From assembly GCA_031835245.2 (NCBI GenBank), contig JAVKOQ020000013.1, positions 248,001 to 312,000 of the forward strand: a stretch of DNA of 64,000 nucleotides, read 5' to 3'. Within the stretch, counting starts at the first letter, position 1. Each line of letters begins with the position of its first letter. The position numbers were made by a program, and so were the translations under genes. Origin of the DNA: Balamuthia mandrillaris. Taxonomy: Eukaryota. Below the pieces are notes generated by a model, which was given only the letters and a program-made list of their open reading frames with translations, was not told the DNA's origin and ran no database searches. Of this stretch, positions 63,466 to 64,000 are shown one piece after another.

Positions 63466-64000
63466 CCTCTCCTCATCCTATAGTACAAACTATTAATCGT
63501 GCTATTTTTTTTAAAAAAAATAAGACCGTCATTGTACTCTTTGGAGAGAAGGCTCACTATTAGGTACTCATCGCCATGGAAGCCTTTGGTGCGTATCCTT
63601 TATCTTTCTTTCCTGCTTTATTGTTGTCTGCTTCTTTCAGACAAGTAACAATATCTATCAAAGGTTGTCTGAAAATCATCTTTGCTTTACTTCTGCAATG
63701 ATGAGAGAAAAATTGTCGATTGGGTTCCGCTCTATCGTTGCCATCAAGAAAGAGGCCTCTCATTTTGGAGTATTGGAGAATTCTATCGTCGTTAAAACAA
63801 AAGAAGAAGAGGTAGGTGTTGTTTTCATTGGTTTCTTGCTTTGTTATACTCACATTCTTTTTAAAAAACAAGTACTTTTTCAGTATGTTTACAAATAGAG
63901 ATGAGACCTACGACCTGCTCATCACGTTGTGGAATAGAGCGATGGAGAGCCTCATGAACTCGGGTGCCGTTGCTGCCACAGAGAATGCTTCCCCAACCTC
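62498..64000 (+). CDS. TBC1D8/9 (Mdr1/Gyp2)-like GRAM-TBC Rab GAP, 3'-partial
   Basis: N-terminal MWVKP, ENEFFML, FRIVL, then GRAM GSLWLSENHLCF...YFFSMFTNRDETYDLL. Confidence 0.8.

Noticed and set aside
63593..63601. GTATCCTTT, a U12-like donor in the TBC1D9-like gene
   Set aside because: The frame requires the donor 4 nt upstream (TG|GTGCGT), and no U12 branch site follows.

Overview
Gene-dense, intron-rich eukaryotic nuclear DNA. The 5S rRNA sequence and gene content point to an amoebozoan of the Acanthamoeba/Balamuthia group (inference). By manual splicing I support about 24 protein genes (53BP1-like, ANK-KH, rhomboid, TBC1D20, expansin-like, Rac, FtsX/MacB-type permease, YJU2, a giant GEF-PLD, RPS21, GRAM-VASt, PET117-like, C92 permuted papain amidase, XPT1/HPT1, APMAP-like, NDUFA9, divergent intronless eEF2, AP-2 alpha, CMC1, PTIP/Rtt107-like, Avt3/4-like transporter, TBC1D9-like), two 5S rRNA genes, one tRNA-Glu, an Arf fragment and a CpG-depleted decayed DNA transposon. 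Highlights: (1) a single ~2,150-aa gene fusing ankyrin repeats, the GbpC/GbpD-type RasGEF-cNMP-GRAM-cNMP module and an intact PH-phospholipase D, whose frame is restored by a textbook U12 AT-AC intron; (2) two 5S genes forming ~255-bp inverted repeats around a 1.2-kb unknown insert; (3) a second, atypical AT-AC intron candidate; (4) a cluster of tRNA-less B-boxes and a recurrent GTCGAC promoter motif. Exon boundaries and family assignments come from reading by eye and recalled motifs, not database searches.
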